In this document: in pieces, positions 19,201-28,141 of the stretch | Layout of the letters: every line of letters starts with the position of its first letter | How positions within the stretch are numbered: the first letter of the stretch is position 1 | Assembly: GCA_944322815.1 (NCBI GenBank) | Contig: CALUQB010000009.1 | Span: forward strand, 12,027 to 76,026 | Length of the DNA stretch: 64,000 bases | DNA from: an uncultured Bacteroidales bacterium | GTDB taxonomy: Bacteria > Bacteroidota > Bacteroidia > Bacteroidales > UBA932 | Direction: 5' to 3' | Notes under the pieces: model-generated | What the model saw: the letters and a program-made list of their open reading frames with translations, nothing else | What the model was told of the DNA's origin: nothing | Database searches by the model: none | Position numbers and translations under genes: made by a program

Positions 19201-19524
19201 TTCCTTGGTACCGAGGAGAGGAGCATCGGAAACGTTTTCCTTACCGGCTATGACTATGGTATTTTCCACATTGTCCTGTCCCTTGTATCTGACAGTGTAG
19301 CCACCGTCTTCTGCAGGCGATATCCAGGTAATGGCACCACCATTGACCACGGCCGACAGCATGTCGGCCTGTGCGGTCATCTCTTCCAGTTTGAGTTTTA
19401 TCGTGTCCAGCTGATTGTATGCATGGTCCACATCGTTCCAGAGTGCCGAGTCGTCGAATTTTCCGCAGGCGGCCGACAGCATCAGCAGTGAAACTGCAAA
19501 ACAAATCATATTGAAGAATTTCAT
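16210..19524 (-). CDS. Surface lipoprotein: PL29-N-like, beta-helix, C-terminal phosphodiester glycosidase (NAGPA/DUF2233)
   Basis: Lipobox SAAC; NTGFF, EVDGRQ, FDGGGSS and GERSCMN motifs of the NAGPA family. Confidence 0.88.
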   Translation of the reverse strand: MKFFNMICFAVSLLMLSAACGKFDDSALWNDVDHAYNQLDTIKLKLEEMTAQADMLSAVVNGGAITWISPAEDGGYTVRYKGQDNVENTIVIAGKENVSDAPLLGTKEENGILYWTMTTDGQTDFLKDTDGAKIPVAGRSPLFTTDSDGYWCVNGNPLLDASGNKIKAEGKPASVISAIEKDGSGNAVLTLADGSTVTVPVFEAFNISLVYSGKEIMNRLQVETSTVPATISYTIGGPAADQVIIKAMRQENLEVSLDASAGTLTITFASGFESGSFALMAVDADGNVIIRPVYVEDKSAVPEYYGIKTADDLAMFAAAVNAGASLTRFMNEEGSVVLLSDVDMTGTDSYIAAGTAEHPFEGVFDGQGFAIKNIGLTTDVTSQPYVGIFGALKNATVKNLTVGSEGDEWAVTGKAATGTAIAGVAANSLENSTVENCTNNVSFVFGAEEGEKIVVCVAGIVADASGLTVRKCTNNADIHVDKLANTQNGGDGFQIGGIVGYGRSSVTITDSENNGDLSAPTGRGGGIVATLAGGSMTGCTNNGTIEDDRAGQFGGAATEYGKKRMGGLVGGTSGTGTIENCTNNGTVISYIGCRTGGFAGHNNAGFIIKGCTNNGNIFSLNAHDDHGAGWACGFTGGSSDITGCTGNGHVGDISMKDSPETAPYSSHYNAVKYQNLKRYDPEDNMVDWTKDFYYEMTETAVIQLAQGLKYTSYDWTNVPRKMHVLEVDLSSPEIEVTTAIADDIVPNPNANRNSNNGFVIRETLSQLCARKLAEGENVLAGFNTGFFDSNDGFPRGLHIEEGEPVFINNQGVRSALTNHRWAFTVFADGTASCSQKEFKGTFEAGGKEYEYYSVNDTIVRNGHKTYMANIYTSRYREFPHADHPEITNPLSRTALYVVAEYTGSPVKVNEGYAEATVTAVYDGRTAALEKAPYLTGEDEVAIQLTGAVADEVAAAVKTGDIIKIKADVSVGGQYKSIYTQNSTMYQFLLNGKDNIGSISATNTNNTKYDPMTFVGVDQSGSKLWFFEVDGRQIDLSAGVWTSMGVKAYETYRIAEMFGAYNMTRFDGGGSSAMWVNTDGGKLVSTPSDSNGERSCMNYIYIRKK

Positions 19525-19532
19525 AATATAGT

Positions 19533-21299
19533 CTAATTAAAGTTTGTACTGTCTGTCCAGCCAGGATTCTGTGTCAGTGCTCCACCGGTGAGAACCCTCT
19601 GGTCTGCAGGTATAGGCCACAGATATTCTCTGTCGTTCCATTCCCATGTAAGGGTAGACCATGCCACGACATAGCCGTAGGTTCCTTCGGAAAGTACCAG
19701 ATCCGAACCGATCTTTTTCACTGTGAGACCGTCTGCAGGCTTGCTCTGCTGCACCTGGGAATAAATCTCAAGGTCGTTCTTGCCGTCTCCGTCCATATCA
19801 TAGAGGCCTTCTGACGGGAACCAGATACCGTAATATGGCTTGTCCTTGTTCACCATCTGCTCTCCTTCCTTCCACCGGAGCATGTCCCACTGGCGGAATC
19901 CTTCGTTCACAAGTTCTACGGTACGTTCCCGGCGGATTTCCAGAATCACCCCTTTGTTCGGGCCTTCCTTGACATTGGGATAGCAGGAAGCGAGGAACGG
20001 ATCGATATTGTTGTTCGCTTCGGAGATGATCAGGTCCGGCATGCCGGCCCTGTCCCTGATTTCGTTTACGGACACATCCAGGGCAGACTGGTCCAGAGTG
20101 CCAAGTTCCGCAAGGGCTTCCGCATAGTTCAGATACACCTCTGCTGCCCTTATGAGAGGCCAGTCGCAGGTACCTTTGGATGCCCCGCTGTGCTCGGCGG
20201 AGGCTACGAACTTGATAGGCTCATACCCTGTCAGGGACGTCATGTCATTAGGAGTAGTGGCAGTCTCGTCTACCGCAATATATCCCGGACAAAGCACGGT
20301 CTGGGCCATACGCGGATCCCTGCCCTTGGTCTCCTCGGTATAGAACATGGTTTCGTTCCCCTCGATGTCGGTGAAGCGGGAACCGTCAGCCATGAGATAA
20401 TGATTCATGAACCTGCGTGTGAAACCCTGGGCATCGTTCCTGATGTTGAACTGCACGGAGTTCGATACGTTCAGGGCCTCGAACTGATAGAGCCTGGCGA
20501 GTACCACCTCTTCCGTCTTCGCATTGTCGGAACAGAAGAGATCCCTGTACGGCTGTTCTCCCTGTTTGTAGAGTGTATATCCGCTTTCTTCTATGAAAGT
20601 CTTTGCGGCAGCTGCGGCCTGTTCCAGATACTTCTCTGCGTCAGGCATCTCATGATAGACCCTCCAGGTCCCTTCAAAAAGCGCAGCCCGGGATTTCATG
20701 GCGAGTGCGACCCATTTGGTGACTCTGGCAGAATTAGGATCCTTGGTCTCCGGTATCATCTCTATCGCCCTGTCGAAATCCTCCATCACACGGTCCATGA
20801 CATAACCCCTGTCATCGCGCGGCTTGTTCAGGAATTCGGTATCGGTGGACTCCAGCACCTTGTCGTAATACGGCACATCACCGAAACGCATGACTTTCTG
20901 GAAGTAGAAATACGCACGGAAGAAATAGGTGATACCCTCGTATTTCGTCCTGACCGCTTCGTCTTCGCAGTTAGAAGAATTCTCCAGCAGATAATTTATC
21001 CTGCGGAGCATGTTCCAGTTCCATTCGTTGTTTCCGTTCATGGCATCGGATGCGAGCCTGGTCCCCTGTATTATGCTTCCCATGCTCTTGTCCACCATGT
21101 CGTCGGCATTGTATCTGGATACTGTGTTGGCATCGTCGAGGAGGGCTTTGTACAGATAGTTGGTCCACTGTTCGAAGTCCGATTCCGACTTGAAATATAC
21201 TTCCGGACTCACGGCATCCTCAGGATAGAGAGTCAGGTCACAGGATGCGGTTCCTACAGCCAGAGCTGCGACCGCTATCATTTTGAATACGTTTTTCAT
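19533..21299 (-). CDS. susD: SusD/RagB lipoprotein
   Basis: Lipobox TASC; FFRAYFYF, IRAAEVYLNYAEA, ERTVELVNEGFRQWDMLRW, LTQNPGW. Confidence 0.96.
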   Translation of the reverse strand: MKNVFKMIAVAALAVGTASCDLTLYPEDAVSPEVYFKSESDFEQWTNYLYKALLDDANTVSRYNADDMVDKSMGSIIQGTRLASDAMNGNNEWNWNMLRRINYLLENSSNCEDEAVRTKYEGITYFFRAYFYFQKVMRFGDVPYYDKVLESTDTEFLNKPRDDRGYVMDRVMEDFDRAIEMIPETKDPNSARVTKWVALAMKSRAALFEGTWRVYHEMPDAEKYLEQAAAAAKTFIEESGYTLYKQGEQPYRDLFCSDNAKTEEVVLARLYQFEALNVSNSVQFNIRNDAQGFTRRFMNHYLMADGSRFTDIEGNETMFYTEETKGRDPRMAQTVLCPGYIAVDETATTPNDMTSLTGYEPIKFVASAEHSGASKGTCDWPLIRAAEVYLNYAEALAELGTLDQSALDVSVNEIRDRAGMPDLIISEANNNIDPFLASCYPNVKEGPNKGVILEIRRERTVELVNEGFRQWDMLRWKEGEQMVNKDKPYYGIWFPSEGLYDMDGDGKNDLEIYSQVQQSKPADGLTVKKIGSDLVLSEGTYGYVVAWSTLTWEWNDREYLWPIPADQRVLTGGALTQNPGWTDSTNFN

Positions 21300-21318
21300 G
21301 TAAAAATCCTCCTACTGA

Positions 21319-24300
21319 TTAAAACTGGATGTCAAGTCCTATAGAGAATGTCCGCGGATAAGCGTAACCTACACCTGAACCGGCCACATTCGTTCCGCTT
21401 GAGCCTGCCAGTTCCGGATCCATGATCTTGGTGTATTTCTTCACAGGAGACCAGTAGCAGAGATTCTCTCCCGAGAAATAAATGCGGATCTGCTCTATCT
21501 TGGCTTTTCTCGTCCATTTCTGAGGTACGGTATAGCCTACCGTCAGATTCTTCAGACGCAGATAAGCCAGATTCTGGATATACCTGTCATTAGGTGTTCC
21601 AAGTGCGCCGCTCACATAGGCATTGTAACCCCTGGCGCGAGGGAAATAGGCATTCCTGTTGGTCTCGGTCCAGACATTGTCATAAAAGTCATTGTGGATG
21701 AACGAAGTCGGAGGGAATGCGTACGGTCCCCAGAAATCGAATGACGACTGTCCTGCCACAGGATACCAGTCTCTGTGGCCTACTCCCTGGAAGAATGCGG
21801 ATACGTCTATACCCAGCCAGTTGAAGCCCAGACGGAACGAATAGTTGTAACGCGGATTCGTGTTTCCTATTATTATCTGGTCTCCGTGGTCAGTCAGGGT
21901 ACCTGAACCCTCTGATATCACATTGTCCCCGTCCAGGTCTGCAAAGCGGACATCACCGGCACGCAGTCTTCCTCCGGCCGGGCCGGTACACTGGTACACC
22001 CTGCTGTTTACTGCAGTGTCATCTATGGTAGCCTGATATTCGGCTGCTTCACGGTCTGTCTTGAAGAGGCCTTCCACATGGTATCCCCAGATATCGCCGA
22101 GTCTCTCGCCGACATAGTGGTCGGAGATCAGTCCGTCAGGATTGTGATACTTGGTGATATGGGTGACATAGTCTCCAAGAGTAGCAGAGATATCGTAGCT
22201 GAAAGGATGTTTGAGCAGCATGAAAGAGTCTGCCCATGATATGGTAAGCTCCCATCCTTTGGTGCGGAGGTCAGCGCAGTTCGCCTTTGGAGTCTTCGCA
22301 CCGTAAACATCCGGAAGGGTGAGGGAAGTGGTAAGCATGTTCCTGGTATCCCTGATGTATCCGTCCACGCTGAAATTCAGCCTGCTGCTCAGGAAAGACA
22401 TGTCCAGTCCCAGGTCATACGTAGTGACTGTCTCCCATGTAAGTCCCGATGATATAGGGTCGGAGATGCTTGAGTATTTTCCGGTCTCGATATAGTCGAA
22501 AGTGTAGTCGGACATGTCCTGGTTAGGAGTGATGGTCTCGATCCATGCATAGTTGCTGACCTGCTGGTTTCCGAGACTTCCGGCAGAGAAACGCAGTTTC
22601 ATATTGTTAACGGCATTTCTGGCCGGTGCGAAGAATTCTTCTTCGGATATGGTCCAGGCTGCAGAAGCCGACGGGAAGAAAGCCCAGCGGCTTCCCGGAG
22701 AGAATCTGGATGAGCCGTCACCGCGGGCGCTGACTTCGAGGATATAGCGGCCTTTCCAGTCATAGTTCGCACGGGCGAAGAATCCGAGTGTCTTGTAAGC
22801 CGTCACGTCCTGGTCCACTACCGGAATGCCCGTAGCCACTACGAACGAACTGAGGTCATCGTTGGTCAGATCGGTGTTGCTGATGTCCAGGGAAGTCGAT
22901 CTGTAGGTCTCGTATTGGCCTCCGGCCGTAAACTTGAAATTATGTCCTCCCCAGCTGTGGTTATACGTACCGTATATGTTCAGGTTATGGCCTGCATAGC
23001 TGCCGTGGACTTCCTGGTAAGTATTGGCGACAGAACCGGATGTGAAGGTTTCGATCACTCCCTGTGTCCTCGAATACTCGAAGGTGTTGTTCCTGTATCT
23101 GTTCAGGATGTCACGGTAGCGGAAGTCGTATGCTACCGTCAGGACCAGATCCTTGTAAGGCGTGATGTCTATCTGGTTCGATATGGTCAGATATTTCTTG
23201 GATTTGGAATTGTTTCCCGTACCTGCGGTCATGTGGCCGCCACGACCTGCACCTATAGGGGAATTCTTGGCCAGCTGGTTCACATACTGGACTATGGTAC
23301 CGTCCGGATTGTACGGAAGGTATGCAGCACAGATATTGGACTGAAGGGCCTTGATGGTTCCTTCATAGTCGTGGAATCCTCCGTATGTATAGATGGAGTT
23401 GTCATAGGAGATATTGGTGGAATATTTCAGCCATTTGAACATCTGGGCCGAAAATTTGGCGCGGAAGGCGTAGTCGGTATAATTGTCCTTCTGGACCTTG
23501 AACATACCGTCCTGGGAGAGGTATCGTCCGCTGGCGTAGTATGAGATCTTGTCGGATCCTCCGGATACGGAAACATTGTGTTCCTGCTGAGGACGGACGC
23601 GGTTGTAGAAATATCCGTACCAGTCGAAGTTTCCGTAATAATAATACTTGCCGTCGTCACCGACTTCCACCCAAGGACGTTCAGGGTTTTCAGTGACATC
23701 GTTGCGGCGTTCCCACAGTTTCTGCAGTCCTCCGTTCTCTTCGGTGTACATGAAGATATTCTTTGTGGCATCGGAAGAGTTGTTCATGAACTCGTTCACT
23801 ATGGTCACATGCTTGTAGCCGTTCGAGATGAAGTCAGTGGAAGTGGTATTCGTCTGCCATCCGAAGCGGCCGTTGTATGAGACTCTGGCATTGTCCCCGC
23901 GTTTTCCGGCCTTCGTGGTGATGAGTACGACACCGGCGGAAGCCTTGGCTCCGTAGATGGCGCAGGTGGAGGCATCTTTCAGTACTGTCACTGATTCGAT
24001 GTCGTTCGGATTTATCTGGCTGAGACTTACTTCGACACCGTCGGCCAGGATAAGCGGCGAACCGCTGTTCAGTGAAAGGGCGCCGCGGATGTTGATGTTG
24101 TAGCTCGATTCAGGAGAACCTGTACCGAATGTTATGTTCACCGAAGGATCCGCACCCTGCAGGGCGTTGGCCGCAGACACTACCGGACGGGCATTCAGTT
24201 CCTTGCCGCTGACTATGCCCACTGCTCCGGAGAGGTTCGAACGTTTCTGAGTTCCGTAGCCGATGACCACCACATCATCCAGGATGTTCTGGTTGTCATC

Positions 24301-24891
24301 CATGACGATATTGTATGGAGAGGCTTCGCTGCCCGTCAGGCTCAGTTCGATATCGGTATAGCCGATGTATGATACGATGATTCTGGCAGGAAACCGGACT
24401 CCGGTGATTTCATAGTTACCGTCAATGTCCGTCAGAAAACCCTGTGTCGTTCCGACTACCATGAGCGAGGCTCCGATCAGCGGCTCGCCATAGGCATCGG
24501 TTACCTTGCCGGAGACTGTTCCGGATTTTCCGCCAGCCCCCGGTCCGGAATCAGGTCCTGCCGCAGGCTGTTTTTTGGTCACGGAGATCCTGTGGCCGTT
24601 GATCTGGTATGAAACATCCTGTCCGACGAAAATCTGGTCGAGGACTTCTTCCACTGACGCATCCTTGGCGGAAACAGTCACTTTTCTGTCAAGATCGATT
24701 TCGTCCGCATTGAGAATGACTGAATAGTTTTCAGTCTGGTTCAGAGCCGTGACGGCCTGCTGGACAGTCACGTTTTTCATCGAAAGATTGATTTTCTGCG
24801 CCGACATAGGCAATGGGACCATAAGTCCGCAGAAAACCGCCATCAGCAGGAACCTCAGAAGGGATCCTGATTTCATGGTGCTTCTTTTCAT
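21319..24891 (-). CDS. susC: SusC/RagA TonB-dependent receptor with N-terminal STN signalling domain
   Basis: LDDVVVIGYGTQK, VLKDASTCAIYGAKASAGVVLITTK, NLAYLRLKNLTVGY, C-terminal Phe. Confidence 0.97.
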   Translation of the reverse strand: MKRSTMKSGSLLRFLLMAVFCGLMVPLPMSAQKINLSMKNVTVQQAVTALNQTENYSVILNADEIDLDRKVTVSAKDASVEEVLDQIFVGQDVSYQINGHRISVTKKQPAAGPDSGPGAGGKSGTVSGKVTDAYGEPLIGASLMVVGTTQGFLTDIDGNYEITGVRFPARIIVSYIGYTDIELSLTGSEASPYNIVMDDNQNILDDVVVIGYGTQKRSNLSGAVGIVSGKELNARPVVSAANALQGADPSVNITFGTGSPESSYNINIRGALSLNSGSPLILADGVEVSLSQINPNDIESVTVLKDASTCAIYGAKASAGVVLITTKAGKRGDNARVSYNGRFGWQTNTTSTDFISNGYKHVTIVNEFMNNSSDATKNIFMYTEENGGLQKLWERRNDVTENPERPWVEVGDDGKYYYYGNFDWYGYFYNRVRPQQEHNVSVSGGSDKISYYASGRYLSQDGMFKVQKDNYTDYAFRAKFSAQMFKWLKYSTNISYDNSIYTYGGFHDYEGTIKALQSNICAAYLPYNPDGTIVQYVNQLAKNSPIGAGRGGHMTAGTGNNSKSKKYLTISNQIDITPYKDLVLTVAYDFRYRDILNRYRNNTFEYSRTQGVIETFTSGSVANTYQEVHGSYAGHNLNIYGTYNHSWGGHNFKFTAGGQYETYRSTSLDISNTDLTNDDLSSFVVATGIPVVDQDVTAYKTLGFFARANYDWKGRYILEVSARGDGSSRFSPGSRWAFFPSASAAWTISEEEFFAPARNAVNNMKLRFSAGSLGNQQVSNYAWIETITPNQDMSDYTFDYIETGKYSSISDPISSGLTWETVTTYDLGLDMSFLSSRLNFSVDGYIRDTRNMLTTSLTLPDVYGAKTPKANCADLRTKGWELTISWADSFMLLKHPFSYDISATLGDYVTHITKYHNPDGLISDHYVGERLGDIWGYHVEGLFKTDREAAEYQATIDDTAVNSRVYQCTGPAGGRLRAGDVRFADLDGDNVISEGSGTLTDHGDQIIIGNTNPRYNYSFRLGFNWLGIDVSAFFQGVGHRDWYPVAGQSSFDFWGPYAFPPTSFIHNDFYDNVWTETNRNAYFPRARGYNAYVSGALGTPNDRYIQNLAYLRLKNLTVGYTVPQKWTRKAKIEQIRIYFSGENLCYWSPVKKYTKIMDPELAGSSGTNVAGSGVGYAYPRTFSIGLDIQF

Positions 24892-24919
24892 AATGATCGG
24901 TTTATTAGTGTGATTATAG

Positions 24920-25903
24920 TCAGTTTTTCGTAATATATACGATATCGTCCCTCATGACGAGTTTCATCTTCCCGTCGACATTCAGACCGTTCAGGATCTG
25001 CTCCAGGTCTTCATTGTTCGTAAACCATGCAAAATATCTGTCATCCTCCAGTTCTTCATCGATGATGACTATCCTGGTCCCGAAAATCCTTTCCAGATCG
25101 GCTGCGATGTCTTCAAGGGAAATATTGAAGAAATGAATGGCTCCCTGATCCCGGAAGCTCCTGAATGTATGAGGATTGAATGTCTTGTAATTCACTTCCC
25201 TGCTGTCTCTTACATACTGGAGCATTTCTCCCGGACGGAGAGTGAACTGGCGCATGTCTGCTCCTTCCGGACCTATTTCCATGCGGACAGAACCGTCAAG
25301 CAGGAGCATTTCCACGCATTGGGAATCATCGAATGCCTTGAAATTGAATGTTGTACCCAACACCTTCACAGATACGTCCCCGGAATTGATATGAAACGGA
25401 TGCTCCGGGTCCTCGGCGACTTCAGCGAAAATCTCACCGTCCACGAATACCCGGCGTTCGTCCCCCTGGAATCTTGACGGGTAAGTGATCCGGCTGCCGG
25501 AATTCAGGTACAGGTGTGTGCCGTCCGAAAGTACCAGGTCTTTCTGCTCGCCGAAAGGAACCTTGACTTCCAGCCACTCTACTGGTTCATCGGGGATGAT
25601 GAGCCTGTAGGCTGCCGCACCGGCCACGAAAAGCAGCAGGCACGCCGCCGCTTTCAGAACTGTAAGACCGATTTTCCTGTACAGCATCCTGCGGCGGAGT
25701 TTCCTTTCAAGCCCGAGTTTCCTGCAGACTTCGGAAAACGCTGAGGAAGAAAGTACCCTGTCTTCCTCTTCCATATCATCCATGATGTCCATCAGAGTCT
25801 GCTGGACCTGCGGTTCATCCATATGTCTCACCAGCCAGTCCTGCACCCATGCCTCCTCTGCCGGAGTCAGTATTCCGTAAAAATATTTCTTCAAGAATTC
25901 CAT
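24920..25903 (-). CDS. FecR-family anti-sigma factor
   Basis: LSDGTHLYLNSGSRITYP, VDGEIFAEV, VKVLGTTFN motifs; one TM segment. Confidence 0.95.
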   Translation of the reverse strand: MEFLKKYFYGILTPAEEAWVQDWLVRHMDEPQVQQTLMDIMDDMEEEDRVLSSSAFSEVCRKLGLERKLRRRMLYRKIGLTVLKAAACLLLFVAGAAAYRLIIPDEPVEWLEVKVPFGEQKDLVLSDGTHLYLNSGSRITYPSRFQGDERRVFVDGEIFAEVAEDPEHPFHINSGDVSVKVLGTTFNFKAFDDSQCVEMLLLDGSVRMEIGPEGADMRQFTLRPGEMLQYVRDSREVNYKTFNPHTFRSFRDQGAIHFFNISLEDIAADLERIFGTRIVIIDEELEDDRYFAWFTNNEDLEQILNGLNVDGKMKLVMRDDIVYITKN

Positions 25904-25939
25904 TCTTTTCCAAGGATTATGTGATTCCGTACCCTGCCG

Positions 25940-26896
25940 TCACTCTGAAAACGTGACTGCTATAGGATAATGATCGGACGGATTGCAGAAATTGCTCAAT
26001 CCGCGAGGATCACGCGATGCCGTCGCGAATCCGTCGGTGATAGTTCTGGCAGAACCGATCTCGTCCAGCAACGGTTCCGTAACATAAACGAAATCTATCC
26101 TCCTTCCGGAGAAAGTACTTGGCTGATACTCTCCCTTATAGAAATGTTCTATCACATCCACATACGGAGTCGCGGACCTGACGTAGTCGTGAAGCAGAAA
26201 TGCGGTATCGTCATCCGGACGGCCAAGGAACGGATTGTCTATCCTGGAGATCGCATTGAAGTCTCCGACCATCATCCAGCGGTCCTTTCCTTCCGGATCA
26301 TATTTCAGGATGGTCTGTTCGCAGATATATTTCATTTCGGAAGTCCTGAATTTGTCTCCGCCGCCTTCTTCCGCGCTTTTCTTCTGGTCTTCGGCCTTGT
26401 AGGCCCATCTGAACGGATAAGTATGGAGGGTCACGAGGTTGAGGATCTTTCCGTCAATATCTACCTGGACATATCCTGCACCGTGCACGACGGAAATATC
26501 GTCACCGTTGCCGTTGATGCGTTCCACGACACGTACCGGATATCTGGATGTGACGACCTGCGGGAATGTGTCATGCTTTCCGGCCAGACACACGTACTGG
26601 TGTCCGTATCTGCGTGCCAGAAGATCCCAGTTGTACGGGAGATACTGTTCTTCACAGCCTTTCATTTTTTCGGCCGTATCCGTGCGGTATCTGGATTCGG
26701 CTTCCGCCCAGACGCAGATATCCGGATTTTCCGACTTGACGAATTCGACGAAATTGTCGTAATTGTTCCCCTGATCTGACCACATGCCGTTCTGGATATT
26801 CCAGTACAGAAGCTTGACCTGATCAGGTTCCTCTGAGCATCCGGCAAAAAGGCCGGTCAGAGCCACGAGACAAACAAGAAACAGATTCCTTTTCAT
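25940..26896 (-). CDS. Endonuclease/exonuclease/phosphatase (EEP) family lipoprotein
   Basis: Lipobox FAGC; YWNIQ, GDFN, RIDFVY and PSDHYPI catalytic motifs. Confidence 0.92.
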   Translation of the reverse strand: MKRNLFLVCLVALTGLFAGCSEEPDQVKLLYWNIQNGMWSDQGNNYDNFVEFVKSENPDICVWAEAESRYRTDTAEKMKGCEEQYLPYNWDLLARRYGHQYVCLAGKHDTFPQVVTSRYPVRVVERINGNGDDISVVHGAGYVQVDIDGKILNLVTLHTYPFRWAYKAEDQKKSAEEGGGDKFRTSEMKYICEQTILKYDPEGKDRWMMVGDFNAISRIDNPFLGRPDDDTAFLLHDYVRSATPYVDVIEHFYKGEYQPSTFSGRRIDFVYVTEPLLDEIGSARTITDGFATASRDPRGLSNFCNPSDHYPIAVTFSE

Positions 26897-26897
26897 A

Positions 26898-27467
26898 TCA
26901 GTTGATTTTATGATGGTCCATACCTTTACGCAAATCCCTCAGGGCCAGTTCTATGTGCTTCTCTACTGTCCGGACGGAAAGATTGAGCCGCATGGCTATC
27001 TCCACATTGCTGATGTGCTCGTACCGGCTCATCTTGAATATGGTCCGTCTCTGCGGTGGAAGAGCGTCTATTTTTTCCTTCAGGAATGTATTCGTTTCAG
27101 AATAGTTGAGCCAGTCATCGACCATTCTCAGACTCAGTTCCGATTCATGCTGTGATGAAAGAGATTCGGCTTTTGAACTGCTGGAACGCAGTACGTTGAT
27201 GGCTTCGTTACGCGCCAGGACGAAAAGATAGTTTTTCACGGAGAGTCCCGGTCTCAGGGAAAACCGGTTGAACCAGAGTTTCATGAAACAGTTCTGCGCT
27301 ATATCGTCGGCGGCAGCATGTGACTTGAGCAGGCCCGAAATGAAATTCCGGAGCATCGGGTAATATTTATGGAAAAGCTGCTCATAGGCTTTGATATCCG
27401 TATCGCCGTCATCAGCAAGCAGATCCGTGACCAGATTTTCATCCGTATGTTTTTTCTCCGACTTCAT
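26898..27467 (-). CDS. ECF sigma-70 factor
   Basis: ADDIAQNCFMKLW, LPPQRRTIFKMSR, LSVRTVEKHI. Confidence 0.95.
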   Translation of the reverse strand: MKSEKKHTDENLVTDLLADDGDTDIKAYEQLFHKYYPMLRNFISGLLKSHAAADDIAQNCFMKLWFNRFSLRPGLSVKNYLFVLARNEAINVLRSSSSKAESLSSQHESELSLRMVDDWLNYSETNTFLKEKIDALPPQRRTIFKMSRYEHISNVEIAMRLNLSVRTVEKHIELALRDLRKGMDHHKIN

Positions 27468-27555
27468 GTGTCAGTAACAGGGCAACAATTATACAACATA
27501 AGAACAAATATCCGGTGCCGGACACGTAAGAAAACCGTGTTAAAAAAAAGTGAAC

Positions 27556-27591
27556 AAAAAAAACGGCCGGCTGGAAAACCAGTCGGCCGTT
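27556..27591 (-). terminator. Terminator of the ribosomal protein operon
   Basis: AACGGCCGGCTGG-AAAA-CCAGTCGGCCGTT hairpin with a long T-tract on the minus strand, 20 nt after the rplQ stop. Confidence 0.85.
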
Positions 27592-27611
27592 CAATTATGG
27601 TATGAATGAAA

Positions 27612-28139
27612 TTACTCTGCCTTCTTCTCTTCAGCAGATGCCTCGGCAGCCGGAGCTTCTGCTGCTGGTGCAGTTTCCACCTGAGCCTCCGCCTTAGGAG
27701 CCTCTGCAGCCTTCTTTGAACGGCTGCGGCGGGTAGAAGTTTTCTTGGTCTCCTTCTTAGGTGAGGATGCAAGAGCTGCCTCGTTGAAGTCCACGAACTC
27801 GATCAGAGCCATCTCTGCAGCATCACCATGACGGAATCCCACTTTCAGGATTCTGGTATATCCGCCCGGACGCGATGCGATCTTAGGAGAGATAGTACCG
27901 AAAAGTTCTTTCACAGCCTCCTTGTTCTTCAGATAGCTGAATACAATACGGCGGGAGTGTGTAGTATCCTCTTTTGACTTGGTCACGAGAGGTTCAACAT
28001 ACATCTTGAGAGCCTTGGCCTTGGCAAGAGTAGTCGTTATCCTCTTATGCTCGATAAGGGAAACCGCCATATTGGCAAGAAGGGCCTTGCGGTGCCCGCT
28101 CTTGCGGCTAAGGTGATTGATTGATTTATTATGCCTCAT
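27612..28139 (-). CDS. rplQ: 50S ribosomal protein L17 (Ala/Glu/Lys-rich tail)
   Basis: MRHNK...[10 protein letters not shown]. Confidence 0.98.
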   Translation of the reverse strand: MRHNKSINHLSRKSGHRKALLANMAVSLIEHKRITTTLAKAKALKMYVEPLVTKSKEDTTHSRRIVFSYLKNKEAVKELFGTISPKIASRPGGYTRILKVGFRHGDAAEMALIEFVDFNEAALASSPKKETKKTSTRRSRSKKAAEAPKAEAQVETAPAAEAPAAEASAEEKKAE

Positions 28140-28141
28140 GT

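Noticed and set aside
27612-27780. Ala/Glu/Lys-rich L17 tail
   Set aside because: Common in Bacteroidota rplQ.
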